DNA of 26,719 nucleotides from Octopus sinensis (Eukaryota): NCBI RefSeq assembly GCF_006345805.1, contig NW_021834069.1, positions 1 to 26,719 of the forward strand, read 5' to 3'. Shown piece by piece: positions 9,539 to 20,396 of this stretch (position 1 is its first letter; each line of letters starts with the position of its first letter). The notes under the pieces were generated by a model. It saw only the letters and a program-made list of their open reading frames with translations, ran no database searches and was not told where the DNA came from. The position numbers and the translations under genes were made by a program.

Positions 9539-10818
9539 CGAGGGACGTTCAATAAGTAATGCCTCTGACCCACTTGATCTAGTTGAAATTTTGCATGTGC
9601 AATTACTGATATCTCTATAGATTAGGTGGCAAATTACAGCTCTTAACTAATTATGGTTTCTGATTTACAGGTGTTTGAACTGAGTCAAGTGTGAAATGGA
9701 GCCTGTTGAGTGTCGAGCAGTGATCCTGTTTTTGTATTTGAAAGGACGCACACCACGGGAGACTTTTGATGAAATGAAAGTAACTTATGGTGATGATGCC
9801 CCATCATATGACCCTGTAAAACGCTGGCATCGTGAATTCAAACATGGTCGGAACTCTGTGGAAACAGCTCCCAGATCTGGTCGACCCCCTTCTGCCATTG
9901 ATGAGGCATCTGTCCGTCAAGTTGAGGCTGCCATTTTGGAAGATCGACGCATAACTATTCGCAAAATAGCCCATGAGGTCAAGATTAGTACCGGTTCAGT
10001 GGAAACTATCATTCATGACCATTTACATATGCAAAAGGTGTCTGCCAGATGGATTCCCAGGCTGCTCACACCTTCCAGAATTAAGAACGCGTCGAGTGCT
10101 CGAGGATGAATTTGGAGACGTACCAAGAAGATGAGTCAAACTTTTTCAAAAGACTGATTACACAGGATGAAACCTGGGTCCATCACTATGATCCAGAGAT
10201 CAAAGCCCAGTCAATGCAGTGGAAGCACCGTGACTCACCTCCTCCAAAGAAGGCAAGGGTGCAGCCCTCTGCTGGCAAGGTCATGCTCACAGTCTTCTGG
10301 GACCAGGACGGAGTAGTGATGACAGATTTCCTGGCAAAGAGTACCACAATTACAGGAGCCTATTATGCTTCACTTTTGAGGAAATTAAGAGAAGCTATCA
10401 AAATCAAGAGACGGGGCAAGATCAGCGAAGGCATCCTCCTCCTGCAGGACAACGCTCCGGTCCACAACTCGTTTGTCGCCAGATCAGAAGCACAGGCGTG
10501 CGGCTATGAACTCATCCCCCACCCCCCTACTCTCCTGACCTTGCACCCTCTGATTTTCACCTCTTCCAGCCATGAAGTTGTTTTTGAAAGGAAAGCGTTT
10601 CCCAGATGATGCAGCCTTGATTTCTGAAGTCACGTCGTGGTTGGAGGACCAAGATGGGGTCTTCTACAAAAACGGTCTTCAGAGCTGCATCAAACGATGG
10701 GAGAAATGCGTAACTCTGTGAGGTTCCTATGTAGAAAAAGACTAATAACTGTTCCAAGTTTCGTTGCTCTACTGCTATGGGAAGTAGGTCAGGGGCATTA
10801 CTTATTGAACGCCCCTCG
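9539..10818 (+). mobile_element. Full-length (1280 bp) mariner element, Hsmar2/irritans-like termini
   Basis: 32-bp TIRs CGAGGG(A/G)CGTTCAATAAGTAATGCC(T/C)CTGACC with 2 mismatches; TA TSD at 9537-9538 and 10819-10820. Confidence 0.95.
9696..10745 (+). pseudogene. Mariner DD34D transposase, two frameshifts and a late stop
   Basis: HTH N-terminus, WIPRLL, TQDETWVHHYDP, QDNAPVH, PHPP/(Y)SPDLAPSDF split across frames near 10075 and 10525. Confidence 0.92.
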
Positions 10819-10966
10819 TACATGTATACAAATGTATATATATACAAATACACACCCTGAATGAAGTAATTTAGACACAGATAACATACATGCATATATG
10901 TGTGTGCACATATATAACTACATATATACACACACATATACATATATATTCATATGCGTGTGTATC

Positions 10967-11041
<75 letters not shown>

Positions 11042-11048
11042 TATAATA

Positions 11049-11138
<90 letters not shown>

Positions 11139-11211
11139 TATATACATACATATTTGTAAAAAAGAAGTTTGAAAACGCCACTATATTAGATAAATTTTAT
11201 TTTTCTTAGGA

Positions 11212-11256
11212 ATTTTACATATTTCGGTTCTTGAAAAAACGAACCTTATCAAAAAT
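11212..11256 (-). ncRNA. Type I hammerhead motif in left pLTR (U3-A8 variant; stem III mutated to AUAUGU)
   Basis: AUUU-UUGAUAA-GGUUC(10 nt)GAACC-GAA-AUAUGU-A-AAAU. Confidence 0.55.
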
Positions 11257-11837
11257 ATTTTATAAAGTAAAGTGTAATAGAAAAGTTCATAATTGTTTCT
11301 TACTGGTCTCAATAGAATCCATGTGGTGGTGTTTTGTCGGTAGAAGGTATAATAGCTATAAATTTCAAGTTGAGTGTAGTAAAGAAGTTCATTATTGTTT
11401 CTTGCTGGTATCAACAGGATCCACGTGGTTGTTTTTTAGCTTTCTTGTGTTCGAATGACCCGCGACTAAAATGATAGCAGCAGTAGTGATTGTTGGTCGT
11501 AGTAGTAGTAACCGTGGTGGCGGTTGGGGTTGCAGCAGCTCATTGGTTGTAGCGGCTTAGCTGTGGCAATCTTAGCAGCAGCAGAATGACCAGTGGCTGA
11601 AATGGCAGTAGTAGCAGTTACTGTTGGTCGTAGTAGTGGTAACCGTGGTGGTGATTTGGTGTTGTAGCAGTTAAGCTGTGGCCGTAGCAGCAGCAGCAGT
11701 AGTTGAGGACCGTTGATCGTAGCAGCAATAGTAGTGACCACGGTGGTTGTAGTAGCAGTGATAGTGGAAGCAGTCGTAGTGATCGTGGTGGTTATGATAG
11801 AATTCCGTTTTTCTTTTCGGAAGACCAATGTTTTGTT

Positions 11838-13240
11838 TTAATATCCCTGGCCCAGAGTGTTCAAACTTGGTCTAAATTTTTTAATGAAATAAAGTTCTTT
11901 ATTTTGGCGTTGAGTGAAGTTTCCGCTGTCACTGAATTTGTAAAGTGGGCAAGTTGTAACTTTCGGATTTTTATTTGAAGCACATCTATCTATGTGTCCG
12001 CTGACTGGTATTTTCCGTTATTCAGGGTTTCTAATTTGGGATTTATGCATCGCCATCCTTTTACGTAAGCTGTTTTTTGTATGGCCTATATACTGCCTAT
12101 TGCAACCTGCGCATATTAAGACGTAAATTAAATTTTCTGATGCACAGTTGAAGTTTGTTCTGATGGTAAACTGATGGCCTTGTTATAATGTGAATTCTGA
12201 ACCTTCTACCAAGATGACACAGATTCCGCAGTTGGGCTTTCCACATTTTCTAACTGCTGGTTTTGTGGTTGATGTTGAGTGCAGTTTAGCTTGGGTTAAA
12301 ATCTTTTTCAAGGATTTTGGTTGCCGTTTACTTTTAATGATGGTGTGTGTTTCGAGGATCCGGTTCATCTTTGGGTCTCCCTTTAGTAGGGCTGTGCTTT
12401 GTAGTATGGTGTTGAAGGCCTCATTGTTAAGTGGGTTGTGTGTAGAGATGTAGGGAAGGGTCTTTAATTTTTCTTTCTTTTTTGGATTTGTTTGTCTCAG
12501 GTCTTCTATACTTAATTTAAGTGCTCGTTGGATTGCACTGTCTATTAGGAGCTGTGGATAATTTGTATTTATGAGTATAGTTCTAAGTTCCTGGAGACGT
12601 GTGTGTCGGGTGTTTGTGTCTGATATTATGGTGCAAATCCTTCTAGCTAAACAAAAAGGGACATTTATTCTAGTGTGTCTTGGGTGGCATGAATCAAAGG
12701 GTAGGTACTGCTTGGAGTCTGTCGGTTTATAATAGATATCTGTCTCTATTTTGTTGCCGACTTTCTTAATGAGGATGTCTAAAAATGGCAATTCTTCTTC
12801 GTTATGATCCATCGTGAACTGAATATTATCATTTATTCCATTTAATAGTATTTTAAATTCCTCAAGTTTCTCTATACTTTTATCCCAGAGGATAAAGCAG
12901 TCGTCGAGGTATCTTTTCCAGTTGTTCTAGATATAGGTAAAGGTGTTTCCATATTTCTGCGTGTTTTCTGGTAGAGTATTTTCTCGAGGTATCCCATCAC
13001 TAGGTTGGCAAAAGAAGGCGCAGTACGCGTGCCCATCGCTGTTCCCGATCTTTGTCTGTAGAATTTATTGTCAAAAATAAAGTAATTGTTTTCTAAAATA
13101 AATCTAAGTCCTTCTATTATAAGTTCTTTATTTATGCGAGTTGGGAGTTCAAAGGAGTAGTTATTTAGCCAGAAAGTGATCGCTTCTATTCCTAGGGTGT
13201 GAGGGATGTTTGAATAAAGGTTAATTACGTCGAATAAAGG
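11838..13240 (-). pseudogene. Penelope RT-GIY-YIG ORF remnant
   Basis: DVINLYSNIP, GTAMGT, RYLDDCF (~12895-12915), LPFLDI..YYKPTD..SCHP, C-x4-C-x2-C, NLIYVLICAGCNRQYIGHT, KELYFIKKFRPSLN; stops and frameshifts. Confidence 0.92.
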
Positions 13241-13589
13241 TTAATTACGACTGGTCATTCTGCTGCTGCTAAGACTGCTACAGCTAAGCCGCTACAACCA
13301 ATGAGCTGCTGCAACCCAACCACCACCATGGTTACTACTACTACTACGACCAACAATCACTACTGCTGCTATCATTTTAATCGCGGGTCATTCGAACACA
13401 AGAAAGCTAAAAAACAACCACGTGGATCCTGTTGATACCAGCAAGAAACAATAATGAACTTCTTTACTACACTCAACTTGAAATTTATAGCTATTATACC
13501 TACTACCAACAAAACACCACCACATGGATTCTATTGAGACCAGTAAGAAACAATTATGAACTTTTCTATTACACTTTACTTTATAAAAT

Positions 13590-13634
13590 ATTTTTGATAA
13601 GGTTCGTTTTTTCAAGAACCGAAACATGTAAAAT
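13590..13634 (+). ncRNA. Type I hammerhead motif in inverted pLTR (U3-A8 variant, palindromic stem III)
   Basis: AUUU-UUGAUAA-GGUUC(GUUUUUUCAA)GAACC-GAA-ACAUGU-A-AAAU; predicted cleavage after 13630. Confidence 0.65.
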
Positions 13635-13759
13635 TCCTAAAAAACATAAAATTTATCTAATATAGTGGCGTTTTCAAACTATTTTTGACAAATATATACC
13701 CACTCGTATACGATCTAATCTTATTATAAATATATATATATATATATATATAATATATA

Positions 13760-13810
<51 letters not shown>

Positions 13811-14037
13811 CACACATACGTGTATATATATTCACGCATACACATATGATGATGCCTTTCTCTATTGTTATAATTATCACCATAATTATCTTTATCAGCA
13901 ATATGTATAAATATTCCCTAGTAATATTGATAATAATAATGGTAATATTATCGTTGTAGGTGGTAGAAGTAGAAGTAGTAGTAGTAGTAATTGCAAGAAG
14001 GGTCGTATTAGCTTCTGTGATGGACTACGAGGCCACA

Positions 14038-14325
14038 TTATACAGTATATCTACCCGGTGCCTCCCGGTTTTCCAAATACGCGGCCATGCTATAGGCTAT
14101 GCTACGCCGCACCTTCCGTTTTAAGTATTCAGGATAAGTGCTTTGAGAATCAACCGACCTTTTGTGAGGGCTAAAGATTGTCTTGAATCGTTTGAGGGCG
14201 ACACAATTTTGAGAACAGAAGATATCGACAAAACAACAAGCCGGTTTGGCAGCTTCCGTGACTTGCATGAAAATCACGCAGAAGATAGACGTGCAGACCA
14301 ACACCCTTAATACCGGAGAATTCAT
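14038..14325 (-). CDS. Candidate secreted peptide precursor (95 aa; neuropeptide- or toxin-like, CC-x5-C-x3-C peptide)
   Basis: CAAA-ATG start; hydrophobic signal ending VTEA|A; AKPACCFVDIFCSQNCVAL then KR; further KR, KRK, RR sites; GR near C-terminus; non-repetitive sequence; TAA stop. Confidence 0.78.
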   Translation of the reverse strand: MNSPVLRVLVCTSIFCVIFMQVTEAAKPACCFVDIFCSQNCVALKRFKTIFSPHKRSVDSQSTYPEYLKRKVRRSIAYSMAAYLENREAPGRYTV

Positions 14326-15054
14326 TTTGAATTAGGGTTGATGTGGATGGATAGATCGTCAGACAAACAGATTGAAGGACAGATTTTTGACCAGGTTTCG
14401 TACTTGATGTTAACGGCAGTAGCTGTGGTGGTGAAGACTTTGGCGACCGTAATGGTAACGATGGTGGTGGCGGTGGCGGTGGCGGTGACGGCGGCTTTTT
14501 TTCTTTTCTTTGTGCTGTTTGATGTCGTAATCGTGGTCGGTGCCGATCTTGTTGCTTCCTCAGTTTCTTTTGCCAAGACGCGTTCCTTGTGCTTGTTTTG
14601 TTTGTCCTTTTTTTTTTATGGCCGGTTGGTTCTACACTTCCCGTTTTCTTTGCTTTTGTGTTTTGTTTGTTTGCTTTAGAAAATTCCGTAAAGAATTTCA
14701 ACGAAAGTTCAACAAATAACGAAAATATTAACGAGAAATGTTAATATAACGACAATAATAATAATAATGTAATAATAATAATGGTAATAATAATAATAAT
14801 AATAGTCTTAGAAAATACCCTTTGGTTTTGCGTGACTCTAATACTGAAAATGACGTAATGTTCTTGGCTACACACTAGACTTTCTGAAATGGCTCTCTTG
14901 TTTTTCTTTGCTGTTGTCTGTTCGTGGAAAGTTGTGTGAGCTTTCAAGGGTATTTCTCATTAAAGGCTGCTTGGTGTCGTTGTCGTTGATGGTGTTGTTG
15001 TTGTTGTTGTTAGAGATGATGATGTTAGGAAGCGCCGGCAGATCGCCACTGTTA

Positions 15055-15112
15055 GAATGAGACGCACCGCAGCGACGGTTCACCATTAAATAACAGCCGA
15101 CCGGTGACGTCA
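15055..15112 (-). promoter_or_regulatory. Putative core promoter: CRE + TATA-like + Inr
   Basis: Perfect TGACGTCA 15105-15112; TATTTAA 15092-15086; TCATTC Inr with +1 at 15058; all oriented toward the 14325 ATG. Confidence 0.55.
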
Positions 15113-15218
15113 TGGCTGATATTTGATCGTGTGACAGTTATGAAAGCAAAATATGATGGACTTCTAGCTGGTCGGGATGGGGGAGATAGTGATAGAGAAG
15201 GAGAAAGAGAAAGAGAAA

Positions 15219-15251
<33 letters not shown>

Positions 15252-15531
15252 GAAAGAGAGAGTGTGTGAGGGAGAGAGGGGAAAGGGTGTCTGGGTGAAA
15301 CATGAAGGTTGCTATCATTGGTGTTGTTGTTGTTGTGAAGGTGATATTGGGTGTTGTGGCGAATGATGGAGAGGGCTAGGGTCATGAAATAAAAAAAACT
15401 ACAGATTGCTAGACAAACAGTTACTAAAACAGACGGATTCTTACACATATGCATATTTGTGTGTCTGTCAAAGTGCGTATGCGTGTATGTGTGTGTGTGG
15501 TGTGAGTGAGTGAGCGTACGTGTATCCATCA

Positions 15532-15568
<37 letters not shown>

Positions 15569-15658
15569 AATATACATATACACTTACATACATATACAGA
15601 AAGCTATGTACATTATCTATCTATCAATCTAAACATAAATACGTATATGTATATAACT

Positions 15659-15779
<121 letters not shown>

Positions 15780-15855
15780 ACCACACAGACACAGACATAC
15801 AGACACACTCACACATACACACACTCACGCACACACATACATGTTTGAAAAGTTG

Positions 15856-16144
15856 GATAAAATGCAACTTAAAATTTTAATTACAGAGGAGTATTAGAGA
15901 TTTAATTTTCATTTTTTAATATAGCACCAGGCTAACGGTACTTTTCAACGTAGGTGGTTATAACTTTTAAATATTTTTATTGCTTAAAAAACATAATTGC
16001 AGATAAAATGCAACTTAAAATTTTAATTACAGAGGAGTATTAGAGATTTAATTTTCATTTTTTAATACACCACCGGGCTGACGGTACTTTTCAACGTAGG
16101 TGGTTATAACTTTTAAATATTTTTATTGCTTTAAAAACATAATT
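15856..16144. repeat. 146-bp satellite, left part (2 units)
   Basis: GATAAAATGCAAC at 15856 and 16002. Confidence 0.95.
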
Positions 16145-17087
16145 TATTTATTTTATTTTATTTTTTTATCTATCTAGTTTCAGCTCACAAGCTGTGGCCA
16201 TGCTGGGGCACGGCCATTTGGTGTTGCTACATGATTTTACTTCACGAATGCTTTTTAGCAATTGCCATTTGGTGCATGAGAGAGTTCGATGCAGCTGCCC
16301 TCATCTGCACCTCCTGCCGTGAAGTTGGTTCATCTGGGATACCTGACAAGAAGAGATCCAGTTTCATTTTAAAGACATCTGCATCCACCCCATGCAGGTC
16401 TCGTAGGTTCTTCGGGAGGATATTGAAGAGCTGTGGGCCTCGGAAGCCCAGGCTATCACAGTATCTTGTCTTACATCTTGATGGCAAATTTGGAGTCTTT
16501 GGCACTATGCAGTGGCGCCCAGTTCTGGCATTTGTGTAACTCTCGTTGCCAAAGTTTGGGACAAGTCCTTCTAGGATCTTCCAGATGTATATTATGGCAT
16601 ATCTTTCTCGCCTACGCTCTAAGGAATAGAGTCTCAATCTCTTGAGTCTTTCCTAATAGCTTATATGCTGCATAGAGGCTATCTTCTTTGTGTAGCTTCG
16701 TTGGATCGCCTCAAGTTCTGTGATTAACTTGACACTGGATGGTGACCATAGCTGAGAGTAATAGTCAAAGTGGCTTAGGACAAGTGTCCTCCAGAGGACC
16801 ATCATGGTTTCCTGGTCTCTTGTTCTGAAGGTTCTAAGAATCCATCCGGTCAGCCGCCTACATTTCATTGCCAATTTAGCAACATGCACATGAAAGGTTG
16901 TATCATCACTCATGTAACTACCCAGGTCTCGCACTGATTATGCCTCTGGGATTGCAGTCCCTCCAGGTCCAGTGTATTTATTGGGTATTGCATTTAGTTT
17001 TGCGTGCTGATAGCATAGAGCTTGGAACTTTTCAGCATTGAAGTGCATGCTATTCTTTTCAGCCCACTTGTATATTTTGTCCAGCTC
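16145..17087 (-). mobile_element. 5'-truncated CR1-like LINE inserted in the satellite, 8-bp TSD
   Basis: RDLG..GWILRTFRTRD..LWRTLV..DYYSQLWSP..LEAIQRSYTK..LYSLERRRERY..FRGPQLFNILP..FKMKLD; A-rich tail; TSD ACATAATT 16137-16144 / 17088-17095. Confidence 0.9.
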
Positions 17088-17722
17088 ACATAATTGCAGA
17101 TAAAATGCAACTTAAAATTTTAATTACAGAGGAGTATTAGATATTTAATTTTCATTTTTTAATATAGCACCAGGCTGACGGTACTTTTCAACGTAGGTGG
17201 TTATAACTTTTAAATATTTTTATTGCTTTCTAAATATAATTGCAGATAAAATGCAACTTAAAATTTTAATTACAGAGGAGTATTAGAGATTTAATTTTCA
17301 TTTTTTAATATAGCACCAGGCTGACGGTACTTTTCAACGTAGGTGGTTATAACTTTTAAATATTTTTATTGCTTTCTAAATATAATTGCAGATAAAATGC
17401 AACTTAAAATTTTAATTACAGAGGAGTATTAGAGATTTAATTTTCATTTTTTAATATAGCACCAGGCTGACGGTACTTTTCAACGTAGGTGGTTATAACT
17501 TTTAAATATTTTTATTGCTTTCTAAATATAATTGCAGATAAAATGCAACTTAAAATTTTAATTACAGAGGAGTATTAGAGATTTAATTTTCATTTTTTAA
17601 TATAGCACCAGGCTGACGGTACTTTTCAACGTAGGTGGTTATAACTTTTAAATATTTTTATTGCTTTAAAAACACAATTGCAGATAAAATGTAACTTAAA
17701 ATTTTAATTACAGAGTAGTATA
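17088..17722. repeat. 146-bp satellite, right part (~4.3 near-identical units)
   Basis: A(T/C)AATTGCAGA at 17090, 17236, 17382, 17528, 17674. Confidence 0.97.
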
Positions 17723-18002
17723 CGAAATTTAATGGATTTAGTGGGCGGAAACCGAAAGAAGCACGTCGAATATGCACATACATACACACGCACACGCACA
17801 TATGTATGTATATATGTATGTATGTATGTATGTACGTATGTATGTATGTATGTATGTATGTATGTATGTATGTATGTATGTATGTATGTATGCATGTATA
17901 TGTGTATATATGTATGTGTGTGTGTATATATATACATATATGTGTATATATATACATACAAATATATATATATATATATATCTATATATATATATATATA
18001 AT

Positions 18003-18057
<55 letters not shown>

Positions 18058-18066
18058 GCATATATA

Positions 18067-18099
<33 letters not shown>

Positions 18100-18154
18100 A
18101 TATGTATGTATGTATGTATGTTTGTATGTATGTATGTATGTATGTATTTATGTA

Positions 18155-18298
18155 TTACCGGTAAAGGTTTTACCTGCCAATTCTGTACAAGACATTGTAG
18201 ATCTTTAGCTGGGCTAAAAAGTCACATTCGATCTCAGGACCAGTAACAGTTAAGCTTCGTGCAATGGCCATACTCGATAACGAGGGGGCAGCCATCAT
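18155..18298 (+). mobile_element. RTE-type LINE 3' end with C2H2-like knuckle (copy B)
   Basis: CQFC-x12-H then stop and short UTR. Confidence 0.6.
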
Positions 18299-18305
18299 GT
18301 GTTAA

Positions 18306-18584
18306 TAGAGGTCACAAAAATGACGGCGGGTACTGACCAGCACCAGAAATTGCTACAAACAAGAGTTAAAATAACTCAAAAGCTACAAAGCACAGTACTT
18401 AATGACTGACAAAGGGAGATATGTCCGCAGCGTATTTAGCCGGATCGAACGATTTCGGATTTTCTTGCATAGCATCTTAATCCTCGTCAGCGTCTTTTAA
18501 CGCCTAGATTTTTGCATTATTTTGAGCCTTGTTTCTAGCAATAGCTAATGCTGGTCAGTACCCTCCGTCATTTTGTGACCTCTC
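18306..18584. mobile_element. TTAA-TSD MITE, copy B
   Basis: TTAA at 18302-18305 and 18585-18588; same TIRs as 618-893. Confidence 0.75.
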
Positions 18585-18663
18585 TTAATTTTGCCTTGAG
18601 GCTCAAATTGCTAATAAGCCACCCATTTAATTTGTTGTATTATGTACATACATACATACACAC

Positions 18664-18697
<34 letters not shown>

Positions 18698-18908
18698 CAT
18701 ATATACATACATATATATACACACATACATACATACATATATATATATATATAATAAATTAATAAATAAATAAAACATATGCATATATATATACATATAT
18801 GTACGTACCTACCTCTACATGTGAATATACATGCATATATGGGTACAGGACTCCCAAAAAAAACGTCGAACACAATGAGAAACGAAAACATAAACACAAA
18901 ACCAAGGA

Positions 18909-19297
<389 letters not shown>

Positions 19298-19566
19298 TTA
19301 TATATATATATATAATACTTGTGTGTGTCCGTGCGCGCGTGCTTTAATATTGGTTCATTTAGGTCTCCGTAATCTAGAGATTCGGCAAAAAAAAAAAACA
19401 AAAACAAAAACAAAACGCCCAATGGAATAAGCATCTGAATTTTAAGGAAGAAGTACTTCTGTCGGTGTGTTCAATTATATTCCTCAAGTAGGCACACCAG
19501 CATGGCCGCAGTCCAATAACTGAAACAAGTGAAAGTTATACATACATATATAACATATGTACGTAC

Positions 19567-19820
19567 CTAGGGGCACTCCGTCGATTACGACGACGAGGGT
19601 CCCAGCTGATACGATCAACGGAATAAGCTTGCTCGTGAAATTAACTTGCAAGTGGCTCAGGGAGATTTAGCGTGACACGGAATGCGACAAGGCCGGCCCT
19701 TTGAAATACAGGTACTACTCATTTTTTGCCAGCTGAGTGGACTGGAGCAACGTGAAATAAAGTGTCTTGCTCAAGGACACAACGTGTAGCCAGGAATTGA
19801 ACTCACGTTCTTACGATCGC
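19567..19820 (-). mobile_element. tRNA-SINE, copy B (internal ~38-bp deletion)
   Basis: Homologous to 1505-1797. Confidence 0.8.
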
Positions 19821-19918
19821 TAAATGGTTACCAGTTGCATACTGGGATCGAACTAATCGAGTGCCGCCTCCGCTCCCGGGCCTTGATCCTAAAGAAGGAA
19901 AAAAATATATTTGTACCT

Positions 19919-19949
<31 letters not shown>

Positions 19950-19991
19950 GCATATATATACGTATATATATATGTACACACACACACACGC

Positions 19992-20025
<34 letters not shown>

Positions 20026-20047
20026 CACACATATACATACACACACG

Positions 20048-20262
20048 AGGGATGCTGAAAAGTTTCTGATTTTAAGGGTTATTACGAAAGGCCTGGTTGG
20101 TAGCTTAACTTTCCGAGTCCTTATACAGGGCGTGGAAAAACTGAAGGACCGCTGCAATAAATATGTGAATCCGAAAAAAGAATATGTTGAATAAAATCAT
20201 AATTAACTGATTCTCTTGTATTTTCTTTTACCGAAAGCCAGGAACTATTCAGTATCCCCACG
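20048..20262 (+). mobile_element. Tc1/mariner 3' end, copy B
   Basis: GVEKLKDRCNKYVNPKKEYVE*; ends TCAGTATCCCCACG|TA. Confidence 0.7.
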
Positions 20263-20296
20263 TAAATACATTATTCTTTAATAAGAATATATTGAT

Positions 20297-20337
20297 AGGG
20301 ACTTCGAAGTTTCGGCTAGTTAAACCACCATCGGACT
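20297..20337 (-). ncRNA. Degenerate type I hammerhead motif (copy B)
   Basis: CCGAUGG (A9G) core, GGUU/AGCC stem II, perfect palindrome ACUUCGAAGU, then C; stem I broken. Confidence 0.4.
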
Positions 20338-20396
20338 GGTCAAAGTATAATAAAGTATGATGGAACCCTTCAAATTAATGTAAAATTGTTTTAGTA

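Larger units (their letters stand above)
11151..13694 (-). mobile_element. 5'-truncated Penelope-like retroelement with inverted terminal (pLTR) repeats
   Basis: ~444-bp inverted repeats 11151-11594 / 13250-13694 flank RT + GIY-YIG coding remnants; left end abuts (TA)n, right end abuts a short TATATA run. Confidence 0.92.

Noticed and set aside
11466-11828. Thr/Ala-rich mucin-like ORF
   Set aside because: Low-complexity (AGC/AGT)n part of the Penelope 3' region
14338-14679. 113-aa hydrophobic plus-strand ORF resembling a membrane protein
   Set aside because: Antisense reading of the A/C-rich leader gives Val/Phe/Leu runs automatically; starts at TTG, not ATG
14171-14701. 176-aa Lys/Pro-rich minus ORF and 84-aa ORF (14322-14576) upstream of or overlapping the peptide gene
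   Set aside because: Arise from A-rich and (CCACCG)n leader sequence; the longer one lacks an ATG start (TTG at 14699-14701); better read as 5' leader
17090-17722. Possible CRISPR-like array
   Set aside because: Units are contiguous and identical with no unique spacers; eukaryotic context; no cas genes
17806-18246. 146-aa ORF ending in a C2H2 zinc finger (host ZNF gene?)
   Set aside because: N-terminal part is microsatellite; the single knuckle lacks the last His and is followed by an RTE-like 3'UTR; copy A is frameshifted
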